This document shows, in pieces, positions 1 through 13,072 of a DNA stretch of 64,000 nt; the stretch's first letter is position 1; every line of letters begins with the position of its first letter. The position numbers and the translations under genes are program-made. Source of the stretch: Eledone cirrhosa (lineage: Eukaryota); assembly GCA_964016885.1 (NCBI GenBank), contig OZ024756.1, positions 13,516,001 through 13,580,000 on the forward strand, read 5' to 3'. The notes beneath the pieces were generated by a model. That model worked only from the letters and a program-made list of their open reading frames with translations. It did no database searches and was not told where the DNA came from.

Positions 1-48
1 ACACACACACATATATATATATATATATATTTACATACACCTACCTAC

Positions 49-110
<62 letters not shown>

Positions 111-115
111 CACAC

Positions 116-176
<61 letters not shown>

Positions 177-200
177 TATATATATATATATGTTATTTAC

Positions 201-667
201 CTTGTTTGCGTACAGCTTCATTTTAAACCTGTCAAAATAGTAATAATCGCCAACTTCTTCTTCGCTGAGGTCATTATATTTCGATATGGCATCGAAACCA
301 AATGCTTCGAACTCTCCAGATGGTCGTAAAAGTAGACAGGTGGGGGTTTTGTGCAGCATAAAGCCCTGTGTTTGACCCCAGTTCTTGTTGGTAAAAATAG
401 CCTCTTTTTCTGAACTTAAGGAGTAAGCATAACCGGAAAATGTGGTACCAAAATCTATGGCCGTTACCAGCGAAAATGTTTCGGCCGGCTCTTCGTCCAC
501 GTTTAGCTCATCAATCTCAGCACATAGTTCGGAATTCATACCTGTAGAGTTGACCATTATAGCGCCAGATCCGGTACTGTTCACCATACCCGCCGTCGCC
601 GTCGCCGCTGACTCAGACGCACTCATAACGTCGTTTGCTGCTGTGCAGACGTCGCCCGAAACGTCGC

Positions 668-704
<37 letters not shown>

Positions 705-853
705 ATCCGGTATACCGTCACCGTTGAGTGAATAGAGAGTGGAGGTTAATGGCGGCACCTTGTCCAACTCCTCCGAGTCCGTGCGTATGTGCCGTGCCGC
801 GGGAGTCGGCTTTGCATGTCCTGTGGTGTTGGTAGTAGTGGTGTTGTTGTTGT

Positions 854-884
<31 letters not shown>

Positions 885-1004
885 GCTGGTGGTGGTTGGA
901 GAAGACGGCTGGATATTGTTTAGTGGTGGCGGAGGCGTAGGTGGCGGTGGAGGAGCGTACTCGGTGGGTGGAGCGTCGTCAAAGTCTGAAGCGGTGGTCG
1001 ACAT
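201..1004 (-). CDS. HSPA12A: Coding exon of an HSPA12A/B-like (Hsp70-12) gene; the gene continues leftward beyond the window
   Basis: The translation contains [17 protein letters not shown]...NKNWG...[21 protein letters not shown]...[12 protein letters not shown], the N-terminal ATPase lobe of the HSPA12 family. ATG at 1004-1002; phase-0 donor AAG|GTAAAT at 201/200. A versus B orthology cannot be resolved by eye. Confidence 0.92.
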
Positions 1005-1032
1005 TGTACTTTCGTTATCGTAAGATATCTAT

Positions 1033-1036
<4 letters not shown>

Positions 1037-1069
<33 letters not shown>

Positions 1070-1072
1070 TAC

Positions 1073-1116
<44 letters not shown>

Positions 1117-1203
1117 ATGTTTATGTTTGTCTGTCTGCCTGTATATATATATATATATATGTATGTATACACGTGTGTGTGTGATTGTGTGTGTGTTTAT
1201 GTC

Positions 1204-1257
<54 letters not shown>

Positions 1258-1288
1258 CGTGTGTGTGTGTGTGTGTTTATGTCTGTGT

Positions 1289-1336
<48 letters not shown>

Positions 1337-1341
1337 TTGTC

Positions 1342-1390
<49 letters not shown>

Positions 1391-1468
1391 TTATGTGTGT
1401 CTATATATGTATATATATATATATATATTATATAAATATATGTGTGTGTGTGTGTTTATGTCTGTGTA

Positions 1469-1515
<47 letters not shown>

Positions 1516-1556
1516 ATGTGTTTGTGTGTGTTTATGTCTGTATATATGTGTCTGCG

Positions 1557-1587
<31 letters not shown>

Positions 1588-1597
1588 GTGTGAGTGT

Positions 1598-1640
<43 letters not shown>

Positions 1641-1850
1641 TGGATATATTTATTTATATATACACATATTGTATATCATCTACGCGAGAGTATACGCGTA
1701 GATATATATATGAGTGTGAGTGTGAGTGTGCGTGTGTAGTTATGAGTATGACTAAGTGTGAAATTGTGTCTATATATACATATGTATGTGTGTGTGTCTA
1801 TATATATACATATATGTGTATATCTGTATATTTGTGCGTATAATATTATA
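1037..1850. repeat. Compound (TA)n/(TG)n microsatellite
   Basis: Alternating TA and TG runs are directly visible. Confidence 0.95.
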
Positions 1851-1958
1851 TAGTCTTGGAATATATCCTGGCCGCTTCCTTTGTTTTTGGTTTCCTATCT
1901 TAAAATCCCGGTTCTTTTCGCGACAATTTCTGTAGTAAACATCGCATCCGGCATTGAC

Positions 1959-2921
1959 ACTGCTACTGCTGCTGCTGCTGCTGCTATTGCTGCTGCTAGT
2001 GCTGATGCTGCTGTTATTGTTGCTGCTGCTGCTGCTGCTGCTATTGCTGCTACTACTGCTACTACTGCTACTACTGCTATTGCTGCTGCTAATGCTGTTG
2101 CTATTACTGCTATTGCTGCTGGTATTGCTATTGCTGCTGCTATTGCTGCTGCTATTGCTGCTACTACTGCTGCTACTGCTGCTACTGCTGCTACTACTGC
2201 TATTGCTATTGCTGCTGCTATTGTTGCTGCTGTGCTATTGCTGCTACTACTGCTACTACTGCTATTGCTGCTACTGTTACTGCTACTACTGCTATTGCTG
2301 CTGCTAATGCTGTTGCTATTACTGCTATTGCTGCTGGTATTGCTATTGCTGCTGCTATTGCTGCTGCTATTGCTGCTACTACTGCTGCTACTGCTGCTAC
2401 TGCTGCTACTACTGCTATTGCTATTGCTGCTGCTATTGTTGCTGCTGCTGCTATTGCTGCTACTACTGCTACTACTGCTATTGCTATTGCTGCTGCTATT
2501 GTTGCTGCTGCTGCTATTGCTGCTACTACTGCTACTACTGCTATTGCTGCTACTGTTACTGCTACTACTGCTATTGCTGCTGCTAATGCTGTTGCTGCTG
2601 CTATTGCTGCTACTATTGCTGCTACTACTGCTATTGCTGCTGCTGCTACTGCTGCTGCTGCTACTGCTACTGCTATTGCTGCTGCTACTGCTGTTGCTAT
2701 TACTGCTATTGCTGCTGCTATTGTTGCTGCTGCTGCTATTGCTGCTACTATTGGTGCTACTGTTACTGCTATTGCTGCTGCTGCTGCTGCTGCTACTACT
2801 GCTGCTGCTATTGCTGTTACTGCTATTGCTGCTGCTGCTACTGCTGCTGCTGCTGCTATTGCTACTACTGCTGCTAATTCTACTACTGCTGCTACTACTG
2901 CTATTGCTGCTATTGCTGCTG

Positions 2922-2965
<44 letters not shown>

Positions 2966-3300
2966 GCTACTGCAGCTACTCCTACTGATGCTACTACTAC
3001 TACTACTGCTCCTACTACTACTACTACTACTACTACTGCTACTGCAGCTACTCCTACTACTACTGCAGCTACTCCTACTGGTGCTACTACTAGTACTACT
3101 GCTACTGCAGCTACTCCTACTACTACTACTACTGCTACTGCAGCTACTCCTACTACTACTACTACTGCTACTGCAGCTACTCCTACTGGTGCTACTACTA
3201 GTACTACTGCTGCTACTGCTGCTACTCCTACTGCTGCTACTGCAGCTGCTGCTGTATTTGTTCGTGCTTCTGTTACTCCAGTTCCAGCTGCTTTTGGTGC
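1959..3300. repeat. Degenerate (CTG/CTA/TTG)n trinucleotide block
   Basis: Directly visible; it produces the poly-L and poly-S ORFs. Confidence 0.9.
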
Positions 3301-3322
3301 AAAACAGGATGAGGGAGGATGG

Positions 3323-3323
3323 C

Positions 3324-3387
<64 letters not shown>

Positions 3388-3394
3388 TGTGTGT

Positions 3395-3435
<41 letters not shown>

Positions 3436-3630
3436 TGTGTGTTGGTGAGAGAGAGAGAGAGAGATTGTGTGTTGGTGAGAGAGAGAGAGAGATTGTGTGT
3501 TGGTGAGAGAGGGAGAGAGGGAGAGAGAGAGTGAGAAAGAGAGAGAGAGAGAGAGAGATATTGTGTGTTGGTGAGAGAGAGAGAGAGAGAGAGATATTGT
3601 GTGTTGGTGAGAGAGAGAGATATTGTGTGT

Positions 3631-3662
<32 letters not shown>

Positions 3663-4440
3663 TATTGTGTTGGTGAGAGAGAGAGAGAGAGAGAGAGAGA
3701 TATTGTGTGTTGGTGAGAGAGAGAGAGATTGTGTGTTAGTGGTGATTGAGGGGGCAGTTGTGCAGTGCAGTGGTGTAGTAGTATAGGTGGTGGTGGTGGT
3801 GGTGGCAGTGGTGTAGTATTAATGGTGGTGGTGTAGTATTGATAGTGGTGGTGGTGGTGGTGGTAGTGGTGATGGTGTAGCATTGATGTTGGTGGTGGAG
3901 GTAGTAGTGGTGGTGGTGGTGGTGGTGGTAGTGGTGATGGTGTAGCATTGATGTTGGTGGTGGAGGTAGTAGTGGTGGTGGTGGTGGTGGTGGTAGTGGT
4001 GGTGGTGGTGACACTGCCAAGGGATGGCAGATGTGACGATGGTGCTCACGTGGGGTAGTGAATATTAAATGAATGGAGATGGTGGTGTAGGGATAGTGAT
4101 TATGGTGGGGTGGTGGTGGTGGTGCTGGTGCTGGTGGTGCTGGTGGTGGTGTGGATGGTGGCGGTGGTGGAGGTGGTGGTGGTAGTAGTGGTGATGATGG
4201 TGGTGGTGGTGTTGGTGGTGGTGTAGGTGGTGTTGGTGTTGGTGGTGGTGAGGTGGTAGTGGTGTTGATGGTGATTATGGTGGGGTGGTGGTGGTGGTGT
4301 AGATGGTGGTGGTAGTGGTGGTGGTGGTGTTGGTGTTGGTGTTGGTGGTGGTGGTGGTGGTGTTGGTGTTGGTGGTGTTGGTGGTGTTGGTGGTGGTAGT
4401 GGTGTTGATGGTGGGGTGGTGGTAGTGGTGTTGGTGGTGA
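3323..4440. repeat. (GA)n with recurring attgtgtgttggt spacers, followed by a (GGT/GTA)n block
   Basis: Directly visible. Confidence 0.9.
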
Positions 4441-4556
4441 TATTAAGGGGGACAAACCTATTAGGCAAGTTGAGGGATGATAAATAGAAAGACCGAGTGG
4501 ATAACAAACGAAGCAAAGCAGTTTGAAGAGTAGAGAGGGAAGCCGCTCTGGGAGAA

Positions 4557-6765
4557 GATATCTGACGGGGAGTGATATCATCGATATCTGACGGGGAGTG
4601 ATATCATCGATATCTGACGTGGAGTGATGTCACCGATATCTGACGGGGAGTGATATCATCGATATCTGACGGGGAGTGATATCATCGATATCTGAGGGGG
4701 AGTGACATCACCGATATTTGACGAGGAGTGATATCACCGATATCTGACGAGGACTGCTATCACCCATATCTGACGGGGAGTGATATCATCGATATCTGAC
4801 GGGGAGTGATATCACCGATATCTGACGGGGAGTGATATCACCGATATCTGACGTGGAGTGATGTCACCGATATCTGACGTGGAGTGATGTCACCGATATC
4901 TGACGGGAGTGATATCACCGATATCTGACAGGGAGTGATATCATCGATATCTGACGGGGTGTGATATCATCGATATCTGACGAGGACTGCTATTACCGAT
5001 ATCTGACGTAGAGTGATATCACCGATATCTGACGGGGAGTGATATCACCGATATCTGACGAGGAGTGATATCATCGATATCTGACGGGGAGTGATATCAT
5101 CGATATCTGATGGGGAGTGATATCACCGATATCTGACGTGGAGTGATGTCACCGATATCTGACGTGGAGTGATATCATCGATATCTGACGAGGAGTGATA
5201 TCACCGATATCTGACGGGGACTGATATCGCCGATATCTGACGAGGAGTGATATCACCGATATCTGACGAGGAGTGATATCAACGATATCTGACGGTGATT
5301 GATATCACCGATACCTTACGGGGGTTGATATCACAGATATCTGACGAGATGTGATATCACCGATATCTGACGAGGATTGCTATTACCGATATCTGACGTA
5401 GAGTGATATCACCGATATCTGACGGGGAGTCATATCACCGATATCTGACGAGGAGTGACATCACCGATATCTGACGAGGACTGCTATCACCGATATCTGA
5501 CGGGAGTGATATCACCGATATCTGACGGGGACTGATATCACCGATATCTGACGGGGAGTGATATCACCGATATCTGACGAGGAGTGATATCACCGATATC
5601 TGACGGGGACTGATATCGCCGATATCTGACGAGGAGTGATATCACCGATATCTGACGAGGAGTGATATCAACGATATCTGACGGGGAGTGATATCACCGA
5701 TATCTGACGAGAAGTGATATCACCGATATCTGACGAGGACTGCTATCACCGATATCTGACGAGGAGTGATATCACCGATATCTGACAGGAGTGATATCAC
5801 CGATATCTGACGGGGAGTGATATCACCGATATATGACGAGAAGTGATATCACCGATATCTGACGAGGAGTGATATCACCAATATCTGCTGAAGAGTGATA
5901 TCACCGATATCTGACGGGGAGTGATATCAACGATATCTGACGGGGAGTGATATCATCGATATCTGACGAGGAGTGATATCACCGATATCTGACGTGGAGT
6001 GATGTCACCGATATCTGACGGGGAGTGATATCACCGATATCTGACGAGGAGTGATATCACCGATATCTGACGGTGATTGATATCACCAATACCTGACGGT
6101 GAGTGATATCACCGATATCTGACGGGGAGTGATATCAACGATATCTGACGGGGAGTGATATCATCGATATCTGACGAGGACTGCTATCACCGATATCTGA
6201 CGTAGAGTGATATCACCGATATCTGACGGGGAGTGATATCACCGACAATTGACGGGGAGTGATATCATCGATATCTGACGAGGAGTGATATCACCGATAT
6301 CTGACGGGGAGTGACATCACCGATATCTGACGGTGAGTGATATCACCGATATCTGACGAGGACTGCTATCACCGATATCTGACAGGAGTGATATCACCGA
6401 TATCTGACGAGGAGTGATATCACCGATATCTGACGGGGACTGATATCACCGATATCTGACGAGGACTGCTATCACCGATATCTGACGAGGGGTAATATCA
6501 CCGATATCTGACGTGGAGTGATATCACCGATATCTGACGGGGACTGATATCACCGATATCTGACGAGGACTGCTATCACCGATATCTGACGGAGAGTTAT
6601 ATCACCGATATCTGACGGGGAGTGATATCACCGATATCTGACGGGGAGTGATATCACCGATATCTGACGAGGACCGTTATCACCGATATCTGACGATATC
6701 TGACGAGGACTGCTATCACCGATATCTGACGAGGAGCGATATCGCCGATATCTGATGAGGGCTGC
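4557..6765 (+). repeat. 26-bp minisatellite, consensus GATATCTGACG(G/A)GGAGTGATATCACC, about 85 copies
   Basis: Tandem unit counted by eye. It is CpG-rich and contains the palindrome GTGATATCAC and two GATATC sites per unit. Confidence 0.95.
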
Positions 6766-6933
6766 TACAGATACCTAGAAATACATAAGAACATATCCTA
6801 TGGCGCTATTTGTAACAAGGAACGTGTAACCAGAGAATATTAGACTCTAATAAGCAAAATATGGTCATCTGAGATCTCTACACACAATAAAACAATGGCT
6901 CACAATGTGTTTGCTGTGCCTGTCCTAACTTAT
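6739..6933 (+). pseudogene. Non-LTR retrotransposon RT/thumb fragment (R4/Dong-like)
   Basis: Translates as ISPISDEGCYRYLEIHKNISY...NKERVTREY*TLISKIWSSEISTHNKTMAHNVFAVPVLTY, resembling the YKYLG...N-K-AxNxFAVPVLTY region of restriction-like-endonuclease non-LTR elements; contains an internal stop. Confidence 0.75.
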
Positions 6934-6952
6934 AAAAAAAAACACACAGACA

Positions 6953-7011
6953 TCTATATATATAAAACTGTGTGTGCGCGTGTGTGCGTGTGCGTGTGCG
7001 TGTGTGCGCGC

Positions 7012-7078
<67 letters not shown>

Positions 7079-7662
7079 AATCCCTAAAACTCGAGAAGTA
7101 CCAAACCGATTTTTTCAAACTTTACATGTGTATTGCTTATGTTTCAGGGAGTGTTATGCACATACACAAATTCAACTTTTTGATCCCCTAGGGATCCGCA
7201 TTAGGTGAAAAACTGCGTTTTTTTCAGCTTTTTAGGGTTTTTTTGAGGCGTTTCGTCAGACCGATTTCCTTGAAATTGTAACTATGTATTAATCAGTCTC
7301 TTCTTCATACCGTGAGCAAAGAAAATCCAACTTGTTTATGGCCTGGGGCCCGCATTAAGTGAAAAACTTCATTTGTTCAGCTTTTTAGGGCTTTTTTGAG
7401 GCGTTACGTCCTCTAGCCGATTTTCCCGAAATTTCAAGGCATATTATGCACAAAAAAAAATTTTTTTTTCTTGATCCATTAGGTGAAAACCTGCATTTTT
7501 CCTGCTTCATCGAGGAAAATCTTAAAGATTATCCAGCCATCAGAGTATTCAATTTATTTTCTTTACATATTGTCCAGGCATGCAGTTTTTCCACGATTAG
7601 GTCTGTTGGCGGCCCGCATTCCAAAATACCTTATCCCGTGCAACGCCGGGTACCACTGCTAG
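6953..7662 (+). mobile_element. Non-autonomous Helitron
   Basis: A|TCTATATATATAAAA 5' end, subterminal hairpin CCCGTGCAACGCCGGG, CTAG|T 3' end, no target-site duplication. Confidence 0.8.
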
Positions 7663-8599
7663 TATATTCATACACACACACACAGAGTTTCACCCCCATC
7701 GTCTCGTTATGTCAGTCGTCACAGAAATGTATCTCGACTCACACACAAATACACTCCCACATACACTCACGCACATATACTTGTCAGTCATCAAATATGT
7801 ATATGTATGTGTAGATGTGTGTGTGTATGTGTGTGTTTAATTCTCTGTGTATCTGATTAAATATTTACGTGAAGATGTGTATATATGTAACTTACTATCG
7901 TCACAGAAATGTATGTATACTCACACACACACACACATATACACTCTCACATACACTCCCACAGACACTCACACACATATACTTGTCAGTCACCGCATAT
8001 GTATATATATGTGTAGATGTGGGTGTGTGTTCAATTCTCTGTGTATCTGATTAGGTATTTACATGAAGATGTATGTGTATGTAACTTACTGTCTAACGTA
8101 CGTAACGAACGCGCAAACACACACACACTCACAGACACATACACACTCATATACAAAATATGACGTCATCATCGTCGTGTTATAAAATGTCTGTTTACTT
8201 AAAGTTGACTATAGTATATTATTTTAGATAAAATGTTATATTGTTTTAATCCAAATGAAAATAAAAATTACATGTTAATTTCGGGGTCTAATACCTTGTA
8301 AAATTTGATTTGATTTAGTCGAGCTGTTTGACAATGCATAGGAAACAAACAGACTGACAGAGAGACAAAGAGTTTTATATATAGAGTGAGATGTGCAGAA
8401 ATGAAGGGAAATAACTTATTTTCATCTTGTAGGTTTATCCCCCTTGTAAATACTATTGCTACTACGATGTCATAAACGGAACTGGTTTATTAAATTGTGA
8501 AAGTATGAGTCGAATCTCGATGTTGCCAACAGGACGGTCTATTTCCTTTCGTTTATTTTCATATGTCGTCTGACGGTATTATACAAATATAGACACAGA

Positions 8600-9086
8600 T
8601 GGTTCAACAACACCAGCCACAAGAAACATGCAAGGTCCATACAATGGGATATAGTAGACTTCTACCCTTCAATTTCCCCAAAACATATTAGATAGAACAC
8701 TAGACTTCATCTGCACCACCTGCACCATCTGCCATATAAATATGGAGGACCGCAGGATCATTACACATGCCAGAAGAACGCTGCTCTTCAGCGAGGTCAC
8801 CGAATAGGTTCGTCTGACGGAGCGGTTGGTTGCGATTTGGTCGGCCTATATATATTAAACACCCAAGGCGACCTATATCCATATACAGAGATGATTCCCT
8901 GGAGTAGGAAGCAACAAAAAAAAAAAGTGGACATCCACCAGATAGATTAAAAAAAGAGATCATACAAATCTTCAAATCTTTCGGCTTGAAAATAACTATA
9001 GAATCTAACCTTATCACTGTCAATTTCCTAGATGGAACACTAACCTAAACAATATCCAATACAAGCCCTATAGAAAACCAAACGAT
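8600..9086 (+). pseudogene. Decayed Penelope-like element reverse transcriptase (YRDD type, Naiad-like)
   Basis: Frameshifted motifs in the expected order: WDIVDFYPSI (8645), IITHARRTLLF, GSSDGA..CDLVGLYIL, YRDD (8884-8895), DRLKKEIIQIFKSFGLKITIESNLITVNFLD, YKPYRKPND. Confidence 0.85.
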
Positions 9087-9123
9087 AGATTCTGCCACCC
9101 AACAATAAGGTTTGATAATCTCG

Positions 9124-9179
<56 letters not shown>

Positions 9180-9227
9180 GGAAAAAATGAAACGAAATTT
9201 CATTTCAACAATCTGGCAGGAAGGTAT

Positions 9228-9270
9228 ACGTTGCTGACGATAGCTAACAAGCTTGAAACTAGTACAGCGT
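9228..9270 (+). ncRNA. Minimal type I hammerhead ribozyme
   Basis: acgttg-CTGACGA-t.agct.aaca.agct.t-GAAA-ctaGTA-cagcgt: 6-bp stem I, palindromic stem III ACTAGT, GUA cleavage triplet. Confidence 0.75.
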
Positions 9271-9473
9271 TCCTTTGTCAGTGTTGAACAAACGAGCAAC
9301 GATGGTTGCTAGACACTACGGCTTAATACGGGATGTTTGTTTACAGACACACCGAGCATTATAATAAATGTTCGGTGAATCCATACGTACATATATATAT
9401 ATATGTGTGCATGTATGTATATATATACATACTACTGTACGTCTGTATACATATATGTATGTACGTGTACATA

Positions 9474-9507
<34 letters not shown>

Positions 9508-9521
<14 letters not shown>

Positions 9522-9762
9522 TGTATATATAGTGTATTTTGCAATACACTGTATGCTTAATAAAAAGCATTTTGAAGACCTTATGCTATTGTTTTAGAGT
9601 AGTGACAGACTCACTTACTTTAATTTCAGCAAACAGTTTGCTGAAATTAAAGTAAGTGAGTCTGTCACTACTCTAAAACAATAGCATAAGGTCTTCAAAA
9701 TGCTTTTTATTAAGCATACAGTGTATTGCAAAATACACTATATATACATTCATATATATATA
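9508..9762. repeat. Perfect palindrome with ~125-bp arms and a 1-nt centre at 9635, set in (TA)n
   Basis: ...taatttcagcaaac a gtttgctgaaatta...; the arms are reverse complements out to the TA tracts. Confidence 0.95.
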
Positions 9763-9859
9763 GCTATTTCAGAGCAACAATTCTAATATATATATATATT
9801 TTTTTATTCATTTAATTTATTAATTTATTGATATTTTATTTGAGTAACCCGAATCTTCC

Positions 9860-10030
9860 TGGTCGTTCTTTTTCGGCTGCACGGGTGATTTTAGGCATGA
9901 TCTCTATGTGTTGGTATTTTAACGATAGTTATAGCCCTGTTTTTTTCCAAATTATTGAGCCCTCTGCCACATATATCGGATATTGTTTATCGTGATTTCG
10001 TGGGCTGATATTCCGAGATTCTCGATTATT
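9860..10030 (-). pseudogene. Possible retroelement RNase H fragment
   Basis: ISAHEIT...CGRGLNNLEKNRAITIVKIPTHRDHA*N loosely resembles the RNase H C-terminal motif VxLxWVPGHxGxxGN. Confidence 0.35.
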
Positions 10031-10031
10031 C

Positions 10032-10071
<40 letters not shown>

Positions 10072-10427
10072 GTGATAACTGCAGCTCGATTTCGAGTAAT
10101 GCCACCGCTTGATACTTAAGCATGAGCATCACGGATGTGGCTTTTTAGTCCTGTTAGGGACTTGCCTATGGCCAGCAATACCACGCATCGCAAAAAAATC
10201 TCACATTTCAAGCGATGCGGGCGCTTGAATTTTTTAGGTGGGGGAAAGATTTTGCACAGGGCCAGTCCCACTCTCAGAACATCCAATACATTTACCCACA
10301 AAGAAGAACTAGTCTACATTGGATGCACAGTCGTAGGTTTTATATCAGAGTGGCGTTCTTCTAGAGAGATGTCTTAACGAAGACTAGGAGTCTCTAGCCC
10401 CCCCCCCCCCCCCCCCAAAAAAAAATT

Positions 10428-10605
10428 AGATGGCCGTTGACTCTTCTGAGTTTCTCCGCCATTTGACACGTTTTGTGTTTCATACCGCAGGGTGTCCAAA
10501 ATCACCCTCCTCAGCAAGCAAGCTTTGTGGGGTTGCCGGTTTAGTCGCAGACGACTCGACCATGTACAGGTTGTACTATGTCTCGCGTCTCCCAAGTACC
10601 AGTGT
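10428..10605 (-). mobile_element. RTE-like 5' UTR fragment, related to 29275-29460
   Basis: Reverse-complement similarity to 29275-29460 (GCGACTAAAC.GGCAACCCCAC, GAGGAGGGTGA.TTTGGACA); the RTE assignment is an inference. Confidence 0.5.
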
Positions 10606-10644
10606 CTGTCCTTATAGCATCAACATATGTCATGCCCGGTCTCG

Positions 10645-10736
10645 ATATATCTGAGAAGCTTCCGATTCCAGAATCAGGATTGAACATTAATCGATCGTTC
10701 TTCGAGTCGATCGGCAGTGAAATATATGTAGTATGT
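10645..10736 (+). ncRNA. Hammerhead-like motif with variant core CUGAGAA and long stem II
   Basis: atatat-CTGAGAA-gcttccgatt...gatcggcagt-GAAA-tatatGTA-gtatgt, directly followed by (TA)n. Confidence 0.5.
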
Positions 10737-10756
10737 AATTAAATAGGTATATGATG

Positions 10757-10793
<37 letters not shown>

Positions 10794-10799
10794 CATATA

Positions 10800-10855
<56 letters not shown>

Positions 10856-10874
10856 ATGGTGTTGGTGGTAGTAA

Positions 10875-10916
<42 letters not shown>

Positions 10917-11276
10917 CGGTAGTACTAGTAGTAGTAGTGGTGGTGGTGGTGGTGGTGGTGGTGGTGGTGGAGGTAGTGGTGGTAGTGGTAGATGTTTAGA
11001 CACACCGGACTAATGAAACAATTGTTAATACTTTAAATAAACCCTATTGTACAACCGACCATATTATTCTTCACTCATTTACTATTATTACTCCAAGAAC
11101 CGCTCACCTAGGAACTCTCTTAAACCGGCCACCCGACTAAGGAAACTTGTTGCGGAGTCAAACAACGCCGAACGTTAAAACTATCCTCGATACAGAGTAC
11201 TCAAAACCACTAGCTGGATTACCTTAAACGATATCTCGTTAACTTATCTCACTCTCTCTCTCTCTCTATCTATCTA

Positions 11277-11347
<71 letters not shown>

Positions 11348-11361
11348 ATGTGTGTGTATAT

Positions 11362-11414
<53 letters not shown>

Positions 11415-11452
11415 TAAATATACACGGGTGTGTATGATTGTGTATAGAAGAT

Positions 11453-11866
<414 letters not shown>

Positions 11867-11871
11867 CATAT

Positions 11872-11957
<86 letters not shown>

Positions 11958-12152
11958 ATACTTGGGGAGGGTCATATTTGTGTAATAATATTGCCAGAAT
12001 TAATAACAGAACACACTCACTGTTTGGTTGGTTTTCGATTCTGTGTCTTTTATATCGGTTAATTTTATTTATTCGGTCCTCAATGTTACCATTGACTGAC
12101 CAACGGTCAAAAATACAGATACAATATAGACACAAACACATACATATAGTCT

Positions 12153-12194
12153 AACAAAGTTCTTTCGTTGCACATCTGCAACATCGTCAGTGGT
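12153..12194 (-). ncRNA. Minimal hammerhead ribozyme (copy at 14473-14514)
   Basis: Minus strand: acca-CTGACGA-t.gttgca.gatg.tgcaac-GAAA-gaaCTT-tgtt; stem I is weak. Confidence 0.55.
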
Positions 12195-12231
12195 GCTATT
12201 ATGTTTCCTCCCGTTGTATTGTATGCCTACG

Positions 12232-12274
<43 letters not shown>

Positions 12275-12328
12275 CGTTTCTGAATTTGTTTAGCAAGATT
12301 CTTTATCTGAAATCGTGTGTTGAAACCG

Positions 12329-12771
12329 ATATTGTTATACTTTGGGAGGGTCATGTTGCCAATAAGAAACACACGCACCAGTTGCTTTCACTTCAATTTA
12401 TTATATATTTATAAATTTATAAATTTACAAATCTACAAATTTATAAATTTCTGGTTGGTTGGTTGGTTCCACAACCAGATAGTTGTTTATATATAGTCAT
12501 AGTCCTTTCGTCACACACTCTGTGACCTCTTCAGTGACTGGGGATTCCTTTCTTTGTTTCTGTGCCTTTCCTTTCTTCTGTCCTACGCCATTTTGTTTCT
12601 GTGGACTATGACTATATATAAACAACTATCTGGTTGTGGAACCAACCAACCAACCAGAAATTTATAAATTTGTAGATTTGTAAATTTATAAATTTATAAA
12701 TATATAATAAATTGAAGTGAAAGCAACTGGTGCGTGTGTTTCTTATTGGCAATATGACCCTCCCAAAGTAT

Positions 12772-12779
<8 letters not shown>
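12329..12779. mobile_element. Fold-back non-autonomous element (family A) with ~175-bp arms and an HHR at the arm/loop boundary (copy at 14649-15099)
   Basis: Arms attgttatactttgggagggtca...tagtcc and ggacta...tgaccctcccaaagtataacaat; the right end abuts (TA)n. Confidence 0.85.
12495..12539 (-). ncRNA. Hammerhead ribozyme, family A (copy at 14815-14859)
   Basis: Minus strand: agtca-CTGAAGA-g.gtcaca.gagtg.tgtgac-GAAA-ggaCTA-tgact. Confidence 0.75.
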
Positions 12780-12849
<70 letters not shown>

Positions 12850-12924
12850 CAAAATTCGGTAAGACTAAGGATTAATATTATTATTTTTTTTTATTTATAC
12901 ATCGCTACGGGTGTTTCAATAATA

Positions 12925-13072
12925 ATTGTTTCTACTTTGGGCACAAGGCCAGCAATTATCCCAGTGCATTACTGGTACTTTATTTTATCGACCCCGTAAG
13001 AATGAAAGGCAAAGTTAACCTCGGCGGGATTTGAACACAGAATGGCGTCTGACCTTCTACCGACACTGCCAA
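12925..13072 (-). mobile_element. tRNA-derived SINE family 1 (copy at 15221-15368)
   Basis: Shares the central GCCTTTCAT.CTTACGGGGTCGATAAAATAAAGTACCAG and the tail GCTGGCCTTGTGCC.AAAGTAGAAAC with many other copies in the window. Confidence 0.85.

Noticed and set aside
1881-4581. Long ORFs (541, 662 and 281 aa) of poly-L/S/H/P
   Set aside because: Produced by trinucleotide and GA repeats, open on both strands, with no recognisable domain.
4557-6765. CRISPR array
   Set aside because: The variable part is only ~7 nt and recurs, there are no cas genes, and the context is eukaryotic.
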